A DNA stretch of 64,000 nucleotides from Harriotta raleighana (taxonomy: Eukaryota). Below are positions 51,901 through 64,000 of this stretch, in pieces. Under the pieces are notes generated by a model. It saw only the letters and a program-made list of their open reading frames with translations. It did not search any database and was not told where the DNA came from. The first letter of the stretch is position 1. Each line of letters starts with the position of its first letter. Location of the stretch: positions 6,127,478 through 6,191,477 of the forward strand of contig JBNZDD010013714.1 of the NCBI GenBank assembly GCA_050575255.1, given 5' to 3'. The position numbers and the translations under genes were made by a program.

Positions 51901-53032
51901 GAGAAGGGGTTACAGTGATTTTGTTTGGGTGCTATGAGGTATGTAGGGCTCTTTATTCTATGGGCATTGTTGGAAATTCCACAGTCTGGAGCAAAACAAA
52001 ACCCAAATGTTGCATTGGGCCCAATGATAAGGAAGGGTTGAGAACTGTTGTAAAAGCTCTCATTCCCTTTTCATTCAGTCTTGGTTCTTCCTTTATTCGA
52101 GATTGTCTGCAGCACAATTAGCCGGTGAACACCAATTTAGAAATGAGTTTGAATTTCTGCTAATAATCTAACTGGTATAATTAATAGTATGCACAAATCT
52201 ACCCCAGAATTTATCTTACCTTGTTTGGTGACTAAAAGGTTCCTGATGTGTTAAAATCCATCCTTAACACATGCTCTTCATTGTAGCCTTAATGCAACAC
52301 ACATGGGAATTGTTACTAAATAATGTGCACTCTGCAAACCATTTTAACCCCAGATGACTAATGTTCTTTAAAATAATCAGAATATCTGGATGGATAACAT
52401 GTTGCAAAATAAATTCATTTGCGAGAGAGAGAACAGCTTAACTCATCGGCCACAGTGCTACCAACTCATTGATCCTTCATATACATGTGGTAGAACACTA
52501 ATGTATATAATATACACATGTGGTACAATATGTAAATGTGAACTCTTCACAATGAGACATTTGTTCACAACAAGACACAGCGAAGCCAGTGGAAATGGTC
52601 ACTTGCTGTTGCCTACGGAAAGTCCAAGTGACATGTATTATAAACAGATTTGCTCTCCCCTTAAGAGGTGAGTCTGCCACAAAGCATTGGCTTGCGATGA
52701 ACAAGTTTCAAACTTGAAGTTTCAAACTAAATAGTTAACTTTGCAACTTGGACTTCATGTGTGTTCAGGTATCAAAAGCAGCATAAGAAATCTGTGAGCT
52801 AGACAAATTACTTTCATTTTGGATAACCCACGTACCCAGACAAAATACAAAGTGAAACTCTGTCAGACCTGTGTGGACTTGGTATCATTTACACAGTGTA
52901 TTTTAAACTAAATTGGCCTTTGCTTCAGCTCAAATTAATTGGCTGCAGAAAAATGGGCAGCTGAGACAAGATGAATTAAGGGATAGCCTTCACTATATAT
53001 CCTGATATGCACTCTCAAAAACTGAATTGGAA

Positions 53033-53110
53033 ACAACAACAACAATATTACCCTTTCACATCGGGAGGACGTCCCAAAGCGCTGAACAGTCAGATCAGGA
53101 CCCAAATGGG
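53033..53110 (-). mobile_element. L2-type 3' tail with (CAA)n, reverse orientation
   Basis: CTTTCACATCGGGAGGACGTCCCAAAGCGCTGAACAGTCA is the reverse complement of the tail seen at 30265-30302 and 60215-60255. Confidence 0.72.
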
Positions 53111-53514
53111 TGGGGGGGGGGGGGGGGGGGGNCAAATAGTACAGGCAAATGTGGGAAATGGGTGGGGGGGGGGGGGGTGGGGGGAGGAGGGAGTGGGATG
53201 GGGAAGGAGAGTGGGAGAGAGGGAAGAGTTAGGGGGGGAAGCACATGTCCAGCATATTTGTTAACAAAGACATAACCGGAACATCTCACAGAAATTCTTT
53301 AAACTCTGAGGCTACATGTTTAATTCTTATATTCTTTTTTTTTTCTCAGCCATACAAATATATTAATCTGTATTACAAACTGGTTTAATTTTTTTTTAAA
53401 AACTGTTTCGCTAAACTTTGTTCTGAATTTCTGTATATATTATACCTTGTTGTGGGTGAAATTTGTTTAAAAAATATACAGTCATTATATTTTTCAGTAA
53501 AATCTGGTTCTTCA

Positions 53515-53590
53515 AGTCAAGTGTTTTGAGATTTCCCCTGACATGAAAGGTGCCATATCAAATGCAAAAATTATTATTTATTATTATTGT
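53515..53590 (+). mobile_element. SINE/L2 tail fragment
   Basis: GTGTTTTGAGATTTCCCCTGACATGAAAGGTGCCATATCAAATGCAA followed by an (ATT)n-like tail. Confidence 0.65.
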
Positions 53591-53703
53591 TTGAAGGAAA
53601 CAATTTCATGAGTTTACTGGTATAATAACTCAGTAGTAGGTCAGAAGCTAGTGGGGTTAGATTGATACACCAGTCAAAAATATGATTATTAATTAACCAG
53701 CAT

Positions 53704-53845
53704 GTCAATGTTTCGGGTCCACGTCTCTTCATCAGAATGTTCTGATGAATGGTCGTGGAGCCCAAACGTTGAGTCACTTTTTCTTTCTCCATAGATGCTG
53801 TCTGACTTGTTGAGTGTTCTCAGCGATTTCTGGTTTTGTTTTAGA
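53704..53845. mobile_element. Penelope-type palindromic element: truncated left arm, longer right arm, two back-to-back hammerhead-like motifs
   Basis: Centre TTCATCAGAA-TG-TTCTGATGAA (53728-53749). Plus strand: CUGAUGA-A-UGGUC-GUG-GAGCC-CAAA-CGUU. Minus strand: CUGAUGA-A-GAGAC-GUG-GACCC-GAAA-CAUU. The right arm matches 26215-26300. Confidence 0.82.
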
Positions 53846-56699
53846 AACAAAACTACGTTGATGCATATCAATAACTTCGATTTTACCATGTTGATGAACC
53901 CCTGGTTCAACAGTCTCCATGGCTGTTGTGGCCTGTGCTTACATCATTTGCCATTTTGTTATAAAGCTGTAAAAGTATAATCTGCTTGAGGCTGGTTGCT
54001 TGTAATGATTGTATGTTTGTGTTCATACTTTTGTTTTCATTATTGCTAAATATTAAATATCATTGCACAGATAGTGAAATTAACAATATCTGTGGAATAT
54101 TGGCTGCATGTTTCTGCCCTAAAATATTGCTAATGATGTACTATTCCAACTAATTATCCATTCTTAGACATAACCAGGTTTATTTCTTAAACCGCGAGAT
54201 AGGCCTTGGATGGATGTCCAAATATTTTTCTTGTACAGTAACCAACTTTCACACACATTGTTTGCAACAAATGTGTAAAGCTGAGTCAACCTATGTTGGA
54301 CTTTATTTTTCTTAAATGTAAGGCAGTGCCCACTCGTTGTTTTCTTGCTTGTGATATTTGTGCTAAAGTGATTGCAAACAGAATGACTTAAAACCGATTC
54401 AGAATTTAGTTTTGTCCTTTTTATATAATGACACTCGGGAGTTTGAATAATGGTGTCCATTAATATGTTCATTGAGGGTCACTACATTCATTCATTGCCC
54501 ATATCACATGTCCTTTCAATGAGATCAGTTCCATCAGCTGTCACATTCGATTAAAAATATCCCATAGATCCACTGACCACCTGACAGTAGAGAAACTTAA
54601 AACCATACACCCACAATTAGCATTATAAAATGGGCGATCAACTGGAATGAATGATGGTGTAAGAGAACAGAAAATGGATTGAAATTTGAAAAGACCCTGA
54701 TGAAGTCTCCTTGGAAATTGCAGCAATAGACCAGAAAACATATGCATAGATATTATGGGAAAGCAAAGCTGTCAATAGCAGGTTGTTTCTGTGTAATTAT
54801 AAACAGCCGCGATTTGATAAAACTAGACTAAATACTACCGAACTAAACATCTGAAAGGAATTTTAATGAATTCCTGCAAGGTTAGAAAACCACAGCCATT
54901 AATAATCTTGCACAATGAAAGTCTTCACCACATTAAATTGGATACCATAATCATGGACCAAAGGCATCACACATTTGTATTTTATTATCCAGAGTTAGAG
55001 AGCTACGTTTCACTAAATCTTTTTATTTCCTTTTTCTAAATTAAATGTGTTGATTCTGCTTTAGTTCTGCTCTGAATTGGTTAAACTGATTTAACTGTTG
55101 GCAACATAGAGTTAGAACCATCTTTCATCGAAAGGTCTTGAAAATATGTAACAAGTGAATAGTCAATCGCTTAGGGATTAGTCAAAATGCTCTATATTGG
55201 ATAAAACCATTTGATTACCAGCATGCTCAGGGAAATATCTCTGTAGTGTATGCGCTTTGACACTTAAGGAAACCCCAGTACTGTAATACATAAATCAAGC
55301 TGCGAAGAATTGGCAAGAATTTTTTTTAAAATTGGAATATTAATTCTGGGGATATCCAAAAATGAAAAACTTTGGAAAACTATGAGACCACGATAAGATG
55401 GTGGGTTAGCAGTGCCACACTCTATGCTGGTTCCAGTCTGACATAAGAGATCCTTCATAGGGCACTGCAGAACTGACTTCCAAATGCAGGTAAATAGATG
55501 TTGTAACTTTTAACCTCAGTGCCTGGGACTGGGATGTCATTACAGTATATTTGTAGATTGTTTTTAAAAAAATGCAATTATTTTCTCCCAGGTACTTTCC
55601 AGATTCCTTGATCTGGAAAACCTTTAGATATGCCTTTAGAATAAAAGGCAGTGCACAAATAGGGAATGACGTAATACAATGTGGTAGTCTTAAATTAATG
55701 GGCACCACAGTGTTTTTTTGCCCCACATTTTTGGCTCATTGTTTTAAAATATTTCTATTTATACCTAAAGACTGACAATGAATTCTTTGCCACTTTCCTT
55801 CGAGTACTTTTCTCAAATATGAAAAGATTAGAAGTAACTAAGCAAGTATAATTTTTCTCAAGTTTCACATATGTCTGCTTTATTGCACCACTTACATTTA
55901 TATACTGTAGTACAATGGCAGGTTAAGTATTCCTTTAATCCGTCTGGGTAATGAGTGCATTAAAAAAGCTTCAGATAATCAATAGCACATTAATACACAT
56001 AAAATATGTACAAATTGATTTTTTTTTCCCATTGCTTTGCCTTCCGATGCCGAAGACAGAAGCCACAATCAAAAGATCAAAAATAAGTGAATGTGCTTCA
56101 TAAGCACTATAAATCTTGAAGTGAAAAGCTGTGGCAGCTTTGTTGCGTGCCAGCCAGGCAATTCAAATATCAGATACTGAACTGTTTTGATGTTATTATA
56201 GTATTAAAGTGAAAAGCTTTTTCAGTATTTAAAGGGCGGCAGGATTCCGAAAGATAAAGCACTCTTCTATTACTGGTTACCCAACCGATCAGAGTTTTTT
56301 TTATGAATGACCAAATAATAGATCAAAGATCTTTTCCTGGTGAGTTCTGACAATTGTCTGTTGGGTTAGAGACCTTCTGCATGAATTTTGTCCAGTGATA
56401 CCTCGCACTCCTCATACTTCCCTTATCTCTCTCTCTTCCCTGCCTGAGGGTGGTGAACGATCCTGGACTGTGGTTCTACAAGTATTAGTCACTGTCTAGG
56501 ATTTTGTCCACGTGCCTGTTTTTTTTTGCAAGCCTGAAAAGTGTTTGTGGGCTCTGCGGCTCGAGAAAGATTACGAGTTCAGTTTGACACNAGATTACGA
56601 GTTGAGTTTGACACCATCCTAACCTCAAAATCATACATAAGCACCTACGTGATTAGATATTTGGTGACGATTCAGAGCAGGAACACTGGCTAAATGTTG

Positions 56700-56878
56700 A
56701 GGTCATTGTGATCACTTCAATTTATGACTGTTTGTGGGACACTGCTGTGTGCAATTGGCTGCCATGTTTCGCCCATAAATATAGTCAATTCACTTTACAG
56801 TCTATTCTGTGAAGCGCTTTGAGATTTCTAGAAGACATGAAAAGTGCTATATCAAATGCAAGAATTATTATTATTATT
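56700..56878 (+). mobile_element. SINE 3' part (same family as 9868-10075)
   Basis: ATGACTGTTTGTGGGACACTGCTGTGTGCAATTGGCTGCC...GTGAAGCGCTTTGAGA...TATATCAAATGCAAG..(ATT)n. Confidence 0.88.
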
Positions 56879-59800
56879 TGCATTAAGGATCCAATTTATC
56901 AATTGAGCCAGACTAATATCAAAGTGTTCCAAAGTACATTATCAACATGATTCCCTTCACCACTATTTTAATCTAAACTGCTTGGTGACTAAAGTCCTTC
57001 ACGTGGTAAATACAGATACATTCAGCAATTTTGGAATAAATATATGCCAGCTCTTCTTTTCTTTGGTATAGAAAGGCTACTGTAATTCTAATAACTTATT
57101 AGCATTTGGCAATGCTTTCAGGCATGAGGATATCAGACAACATTTTTAACAAACCTGCTGACAGTCCATCCCTTTTAAAGGGAAATGTCAAATGTGAACC
57201 TTTTGCTTATTGCTAATGTTTGGGTCATTTGGTGGAAACATTAGACATTCTGCAACGTAGCTATTAGCGGCAAATAAAGGTCAGGTAGAGGTCAGTTGTC
57301 ACAAAGCAATTGCAGGGATGATGTTTGATGAATAATTCTCTTCATGAAAGTTCTTGCAAAAAAAAGCACAATATATTGACCATAGTAACTTACATTTTCA
57401 AAGTGTTTGCCTCATAGACAAATAATTTTTCTATTGGCACGTGTTCCTGAAAGCAATAATACAATCCCATCAGTTTTCTAAAGTCTAAAATGTGTGATAA
57501 TTGATGAGAACAATTGCTATATCTTACACTTGCAGTTCTCAAGTCCACTGTACCTGATGAAGATATAGTCCTGACCTCCTTTCCTGACTGGCCCCACTTT
57601 TACTTACCATTGAGCCCTAACCTTACTATCTTCTCTGGCAACTTCACAGTCCACTTAACCCCAGTCTTAACCCACTTATTGGCCGTGCTCTCTTCACCAG
57701 CTCTCTTTTGCATCTTATAAGATCTTGACTTCCCTTTTCCAACCAGCTCAGTTCTAACTTGCTCATTTTCCCACAAGTTGATTTCACATTCCGACAATGT
57801 GATAAGAAGAATATATCAAATGTATGGATTATTATATTCAAACAAGCTACTGTTTAGCTGTGCCTCTTGCTCTGCCTATACCTACTATCTGATCACCATC
57901 TCTGTGTGATTTGCATTAGCTCTAATACCAATGATGCTCCCTGCTGTATTCAGATCACCAGACACAGCTGTCCAGTGTAAATATTACAGCATCACTGTCT
58001 GAATGTCAGTCTTCTGGATACTTGGACACTAATGGCTCATTACATGAATAATAAATGAGTTACAAAAACGCTGTAAAAACGTGAGTCTATCCCACTTGTG
58101 GATTTTAGCTCAATGAATTACTTGATAACGAGTTGTAAAATACAGTCTTCATATTGCAGTGGAATCCTTTAATCATCAGCTGTTTATTTGTTTGGAATAT
58201 TTTGTGTTTCCAGGTTGAGTATAGCATGACAAGATGCAAAGTAAAACTCCCTTCACTCAATTATTAATTTAAGCCAAAACTATGGCCAGTTTCTTTTGTG
58301 TGTATGTGTGTATTCACACCTAGTGCTGAGACTACTGTCGACAATATTTTATGCAACCACAAAAACTTATTCAGGCGACATGTCTGCGATAAATTTCATC
58401 TCAGGCCCTGCAAATTGAACGAATCTCAGGCTCTTCTAGATTACATTTTCCCTTCCAATACATCTCTAGTGATGTCATGCTTCCGCTTTGGCTCAGACAC
58501 TGAGGTGAAGGTAATCTAAATCAGACGTTTTAGCTGCCAATACTCTTAATTGGTCAACAGAAGAATCTTCCATTTCTCTTCCTTTGAGATGTAGGGGCCT
58601 GTACCTAACAGTACGCCATCTAGTAACCTGGGAAAAAAGAGAAGCTTTCCATTAGGGAACATTTGACAGAAGACCTGGGATTTTTACTTATACGGTATCT
58701 CCAAATAGACTGCTTCCTTTTCATGGCATCTATTTTGCTTGTAAGATAGTACAAATGACTAACCTATTAGATAACCCAACTGTTCATTGTTTTTTGCAAT
58801 TTATTATACATTTTTTTGGGCATCAACTCCTGCACAGATCTTGAGTCCGCCTCTGCGATAGTGTTTGAATGTTTCTGTGTAATGATCTGTTGCAACAACG
58901 CAGCCAACTTAAGAGGGAAGCATAGCCTGCAGTAGATTGTGGATTGCGATGTTTATGTCAGAAATGCAACAAGAATTTCTTGATCAAAGGGGTTACTTTT
59001 AACTGGAAAGATGGTTTGCACTACCACAAAAATTGCCTCATTAACATTGTATTTTTTAACTTGCATGTTATTCTGAGTGGGACATTAGAATTGTGTTTAG
59101 TGTGTGTGTATGTGTGTGGAAAAAAAAGACCAATTGACCATGAGCAATCCTAAGGTTATGGCTTATTGGAGTGCAATAATGAAGAACTACTATATTTATA
59201 TTACTTTTTTGAGCCCGAAGGGCCTTCTTCATCCGAATCTTGTGATCTGTAATTTCACAGTCAAACTTCAAAGGAGGTGATTTTTGAAGATAAATGCAGT
59301 TGAAATATGTTCATATTGTCAGAGTTGGATGAAATATTTACAAAAAAAATCAGTTGTCAGGAGACATTCATTGATATTTTTAATTCTGCCTCTTGCTAAT
59401 CTCCTAAAATCGTTCATAATTACATCTGCCAGCCTGATCGAATACGATTACCTTTAAATTAGTTGGGTGAATTACATTCATGTTCATAATTTTTTTTAAA
59501 TGTTCACTGAATCAGTAAGCATATAATCATCTTGAATTAGCTTGGTTGCATCACATTATACAGTGGTGGATATCGGCTGGTGGTGGGGCAGGGGGAAGAT
59601 GCTGTGATTTGCAGTGCACAGATGTTTGTCACTCTGACAGCATGCTGTTCTGCTCACTGGCAAACACCCAGATTGTTTTTAGCTGGAAATCATACAAGGG
59701 CGCATTATGCATGAAAGTGTGACTCATTTGTCATTCGCTCTTCCTCTTCACAGACACACATGAAGCTGCATTGAAAAGGGTTAAAATAAAGACCATAAGG

Positions 59801-60159
59801 ATGGTATTGGGTGCCATTGAAGTGTAAATAGCAACAACTTATATTATACTGTATATACTAAATACTGTACTTGCTTAGATAGCTCTTACTTACTAATATT
59901 AAATTACTATATTATAAACACTTCATGTTGAAGTGCTTTACAGGGACGAACATGGGTCATAGTTGGATGAAGCAGACGTGAACTGAGATAAAGCTGGGAA
60001 GGAGAGACATCATAAATGTTTTTAAACTCCTAAAGAGAAATGGTGAATGGATATGGAAATGTTTTAGATAAGGGAATTTCAAACATTTTGTGGCTTATGA
60101 AGTTGGCATTGCTCACTTCAATTTATCTTATCAATATTGTCCCATCAGTCACCCTAAAT

Positions 60160-60289
60160 ACCCTCCTTTCCCTCCACCCTCTCCGATCCCGACCCCAGCT
60201 CGGGTCTGAAACTCTTAACTATCCAGCGCCTTGGGATGTCCTCCCGACATGAAAGGAGCTATACAACTGTAATTTTGTTGTTGTTGTTA
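60160..60289 (+). mobile_element. L2-type 3' end with (TTG)n tail
   Basis: C-rich tract, then CAGCGCCTTGGGATGTCCTCCCGACATGAAAGGAGCTATA..(TTG)n. Confidence 0.72.
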
Positions 60290-62479
60290 TGTGATAGACT
60301 GACAGCATCACAACATCAAGCTACTCTTTAAAGAAGACCAGTATCCTGGCCTCGACCACTTTTCCTGGCATGTTAAATTAGATATGTGTCCATGCATTGA
60401 GCATTTTCCATCAATGATTCAACTTGAATTTGGGCCAATACAATAAATTTTACATTTGTATGGTGCCTTTCACATTGGGAGAATATCCCAGAGCCCTCGA
60501 AACCCTTTGTGGTTCTGCAATTTCTGTTCCAGTCTATTTCAATCCACAACAGTATTGGGCCCATTAGTAAGACTAGATGGAATGATCAAAGGAAAGCTGG
60601 TGAAGATCCCATCTATGTAGAGCTAGGTAAGAACTGGCACTATGGCTGATATAATTACATGATTGCCTGACTCAAGTGTACAAGTACTATACTGCAGTTG
60701 GAGAGCAGATGATCTATTGCTTACATTATTTGACTGCAGTAGAAATATTGGTATCCTATGATTCACTGGGCATAGCTGTGTCCTAATCTTGGAAGTATTG
60801 CAACATCCACTCTACAGTAGCCTCTCATAATTCTTACTAGACGTTAATAATTATAATGCTGCATAGATTAAATTATCATCCAATACTTATATTCAAGTGC
60901 ACAGTGAATTAGTGTTTCTGCATTTGACCCCTTGTCACTTCAATTCAATGCATGTGGCTGCAAAATGTTGCTGAATATTCCAGGAAGAAATAGATGTGTA
61001 ACAATTTTATTATAATATGATTGTTTGTATTCCTTTTGAATCATGTTTAATTGATAGTGAAATCATTATTTATTCTAAAATGATGTGACAGTGAGAGTAG
61101 CCAAGGTAGTATTACAACAGTGGAATGCGTTATTGCGTTACTAGTAACTAGAGCACAGTTGTATTACAAAATTATAATATAATCAAATGAAACATCCAAG
61201 GTGCAATTTTCTGCCCTATAAATAGAAGAAACCAGGGAGCAAATGTAGTGTTTGTCAATCCCATTGTCAAATCATTGGAAGCATCTTTGTCATCAAATCC
61301 ATTGCTATTTCAACTTTGCACTCTGTGTGCCTGAGAGAATGTAGCACACTGGCTACAACAGAGTTATTAATGAAAAGTTGCCATTGAATAGTTGATGCTA
61401 ATTAGAGATTAGTGATCAAGAAATAGTTTGCAATTTGGATGTTGTGATGGAAAACTCCATTATTCAAAGTTGATTCCACTGCTATGCATGGTTAACAGCA
61501 GACTCTTCATTTATTTATACAAAATAATGCTTCTCAGGTTATGCAGCGGTTCACACAGCTGTTACTTTCTTTCTACAAGACCAAGTAACTTTCACAATGG
61601 CAGAGAAACATCGCGTTTGTTGTGAATGGGAAACGCATGGTTTTAGTAAAAGGTTTAAAACAATCAAATTAATCAAGAAAAGTTGCCTTCCAAATAGTGC
61701 TAGAGTTGAATACTATAATTAGAGCTTTTTTTTTTCCATAATGGGCCAGTGGAGGGGTTAACACAATGCCTCTTCATATAATGCGACTGTATACCAACGC
61801 ACATCTATTGTCATTTTATATAAAAGGAAGAGGAAAACTGAATGTTGCTTATAGCATTGTTGCCAATTAAATGTGAAATGTCAACCTTTCCATTTAAAAG
61901 CAGATGGACGAATAATTGTTCTTTGGAATTGATTTTAAATAATTGAAAACCTTACTGGGCAAAAAAGATGAATCTATCTGAAGAATCAACAGAAATCCAG
62001 CTATAATACAGTCAAATTGAAATGCAGTTTGTAAAGATATGTTTATGCCCAAGTTAAAATATCACAAATATTACTTTGAAACTGCTGATTTAAGTTCTCT
62101 AATTGCAAGTCAGCATCTTCTTTCAAAAATTTTAAACACTGATCATCATGCTTTTGTTCCAATGACAAAGGAAATATTCAGTGACAGAAGAATAGAATTT
62201 GCCAGGTCTGTGTTAGAACCAAACAGATCACAAACACAGCTGTGCTAATCTTCTTTAGCTTTCATGCTCTAATAGATAAACACAGAAAACATGAACGCTG
62301 CAATTGTCAGGATGCATGTTTTACTAGAATTTTAATCAGTGGAAATTTTAAAGCCTTTGCTGGATTTATCTATAAATGTAATTTTGTTGTTGTTGTTGTC
62401 TTGTGTGACTGAATAAAATAAGCTCCGGAAAACATAGCAATACCTACGTCATTGAGTTTTATTTCCAAATATCTACCCA

Positions 62480-62708
62480 CCTTGGTTCTGCCATATCCTG
62501 GAGTTCCCTCTGCTTGTCCTCCCTCCCTTGATGGCTTTTAAAACTGCTATCTCATCAACGGCTCTTTTCCTCCTGACCCTGCCTCAGCCTGCCTTAGCTA
62601 ACCCCACCCACCCCACCACCACCCAATTTGTGCCCACTTATCTCTTTGTTTGTTTGTAATGTCCCCCTGACATGAAATGTGCTATTTTAATGAAAATTGT
62701 TGTTGTTG
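62480..62708 (+). mobile_element. Diverged L2-type 3' end with (TTG)n tail
   Basis: C-rich 3' UTR-like tract, then ATGTCCCCCTGACATGAAATGTGCTAT..(TTG)n; same layout as 60160-60289. Confidence 0.55.
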
Positions 62709-63114
62709 GCAAGTATTGGGCCTGGTATACCCAACAAACAAACTTTAAGTTGTATGTCTGTATTATACCCAGAGGTTTTTTCTCTATCAAGTAACCAATA
62801 TATTCTACTGTTTGTGAGATTTAAAACCTTATTGGGAAAAAATGTGTTCACGATGTTTAAGACTGATGAACATTGGAGATTTATTTTCTATATATATTTA
62901 TATAGGAAAAATCTTCAGGCTAGATTTCTAATCGTTGCTACATATTTTCTTAAAAGTAAAATCAGAATTTGTAGCTAACATTTTAAGTACTGTATTGCTC
63001 TGGAAATGTAAAACCTATCAAAATATAATTGTTTTCAAAGATGTTCACATTTGATGTTAAACAGATATTTCTGTACTTAAATCATTATATCTATGTAAGT
63101 GGGTAAATTTTATA

Positions 63115-63536
63115 TCTAGGTATCCAGACATGCATCATTCCTGCCACCTACCAGTAGATACAAATGTGATTGCAGTCTTCAGTAGGACACTTTTATATCA
63201 CAACAAAAATGAAAAATGATTAAAAATGAATTAATCAAAAGCACAGTACTTTGGAATGAAGGAGACTAAAACAAATAAACAGCTTTGTATCTTTCAACAG
63301 TTAATATTGTACATCTTTAGTGAATGGACCATTTGCCACTATATTTTATTTCTGTGCTGGGACTATAAATTAGACTGATGGCAAATGTCTGATATATCTT
63401 TGTAATGTCATTTGAAATCATGATCTATTCAATATCAAGTGAATTTTAACCTGATAGATTTTGCTGACAGATCTAAAACATACGTCATACCTGCCACCTA
63501 GAATTAGACACAAACGTGATTGCAAACTTCAATAGG
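63115..63536 (+). repeat. Diverged local direct duplication, period ~350 bp
   Basis: CATTCCTGCCACCTACCAGTAGATACAAATGTGATTGCAGTCTTCAGTAGG (~63136) versus CATACCTGCCACCTAGAATTAGACACAAACGTGATTGCAAACTTCAATAGG (~63486). Confidence 0.75.
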
Positions 63537-64000
63537 TTAGAAAATAAAATTGAGATAAAGAATGAATTTGTAGTGTAGGGAACAAAATTCATTAGGCAAA
63601 CATGAAAAGTAGTATGGATATCTCAGGTTATATTTGTTATAATTGCTTAACAGAGATATCACCGGAGTTACATTATGGAGGTAAGAAACAAAGAGCTGTA
63701 TTCAGTTGAGTTAGGAAGAAAATCTCATTTTAGGGTCACAATGATGTGTGAAATTGAATGAAAATCACAATGGAAAGGGTTAACAAGAACTGACTACAAC
63801 TAAAACAGGACCTGGCTTCTGCAACTCCATTAGTTCCTCGAAGTTCAATCAGCCAAACACATATGTGATCACGCGGCTTGAGAGAAGGGAAAATGGGCAT
63901 CTACCAAGTTCAGAGTTGCATTTATGTCATAGCTTTCAACTTCCATTACTCTCTTTCCTTTCCTAGCGGACAGGGACCGAACCTAAGGCATTAACGCTGG

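Noticed and set aside
54696-54725. Other CTGATGA occurrences (also near 6400, 8675, 16751, 57553) as possible hammerheads
   Set aside because: No stem II followed by GAAA with a compatible stem I/III.
56568-56614. 23-bp tandem repeat
   Set aside because: Separated by N at 56591; assembly join artefact.
57514-57740. LTIFSGNFTVH resembling the LINE endonuclease GDFN motif
   Set aside because: Too short and degenerate to call; at most an ancient L2/CR1 relic.
1-64000. CRISPR arrays, tRNA or rRNA genes, prokaryotic systems
   Set aside because: No regularly spaced repeat-spacer array. The tRNA-like boxes belong to SINE heads and the window is vertebrate DNA with spliceosomal introns.

Overview
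Vertebrate genomic DNA containing one complete protein-coding gene, a three-exon SALL1 (spalt-like 1) zinc-finger transcription factor on the + strand. The spliced CDS is 2180..2252 + 11989..15413 + 17013..17447 (3933 nt, 1310 aa). About 45 kb of gene desert follows it. The repeats (Deu-domain SINEs with L2-type tails, LF-SINE-like relics, palindromic Penelope-type termini) suggest a cartilaginous fish, perhaps a holocephalan such as the elephant shark; this is inference, not a lookup. The most striking non-genic signal is a dispersed palindromic element (26108-26325, 48820-48950, 53704-53845). The consensus of its arms rebuilds a minimal type-I hammerhead ribozyme core, arranged back-to-back on opposite strands; every individual copy carries damaging mutations. 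Other notable items are an orphan CpG-rich block with a perfect NRF1 site at ~28.3 kb, a cryptic exon with a perfect U1 donor just upstream of the distal poly(A) signal, upstream ATGs, and a MEIS-site cluster in intron 1. Several tandem duplications around single N bases are assembly artefacts. Repeat family names come from remembered consensus sequences and need confirmation; repeat boundaries are approximate.
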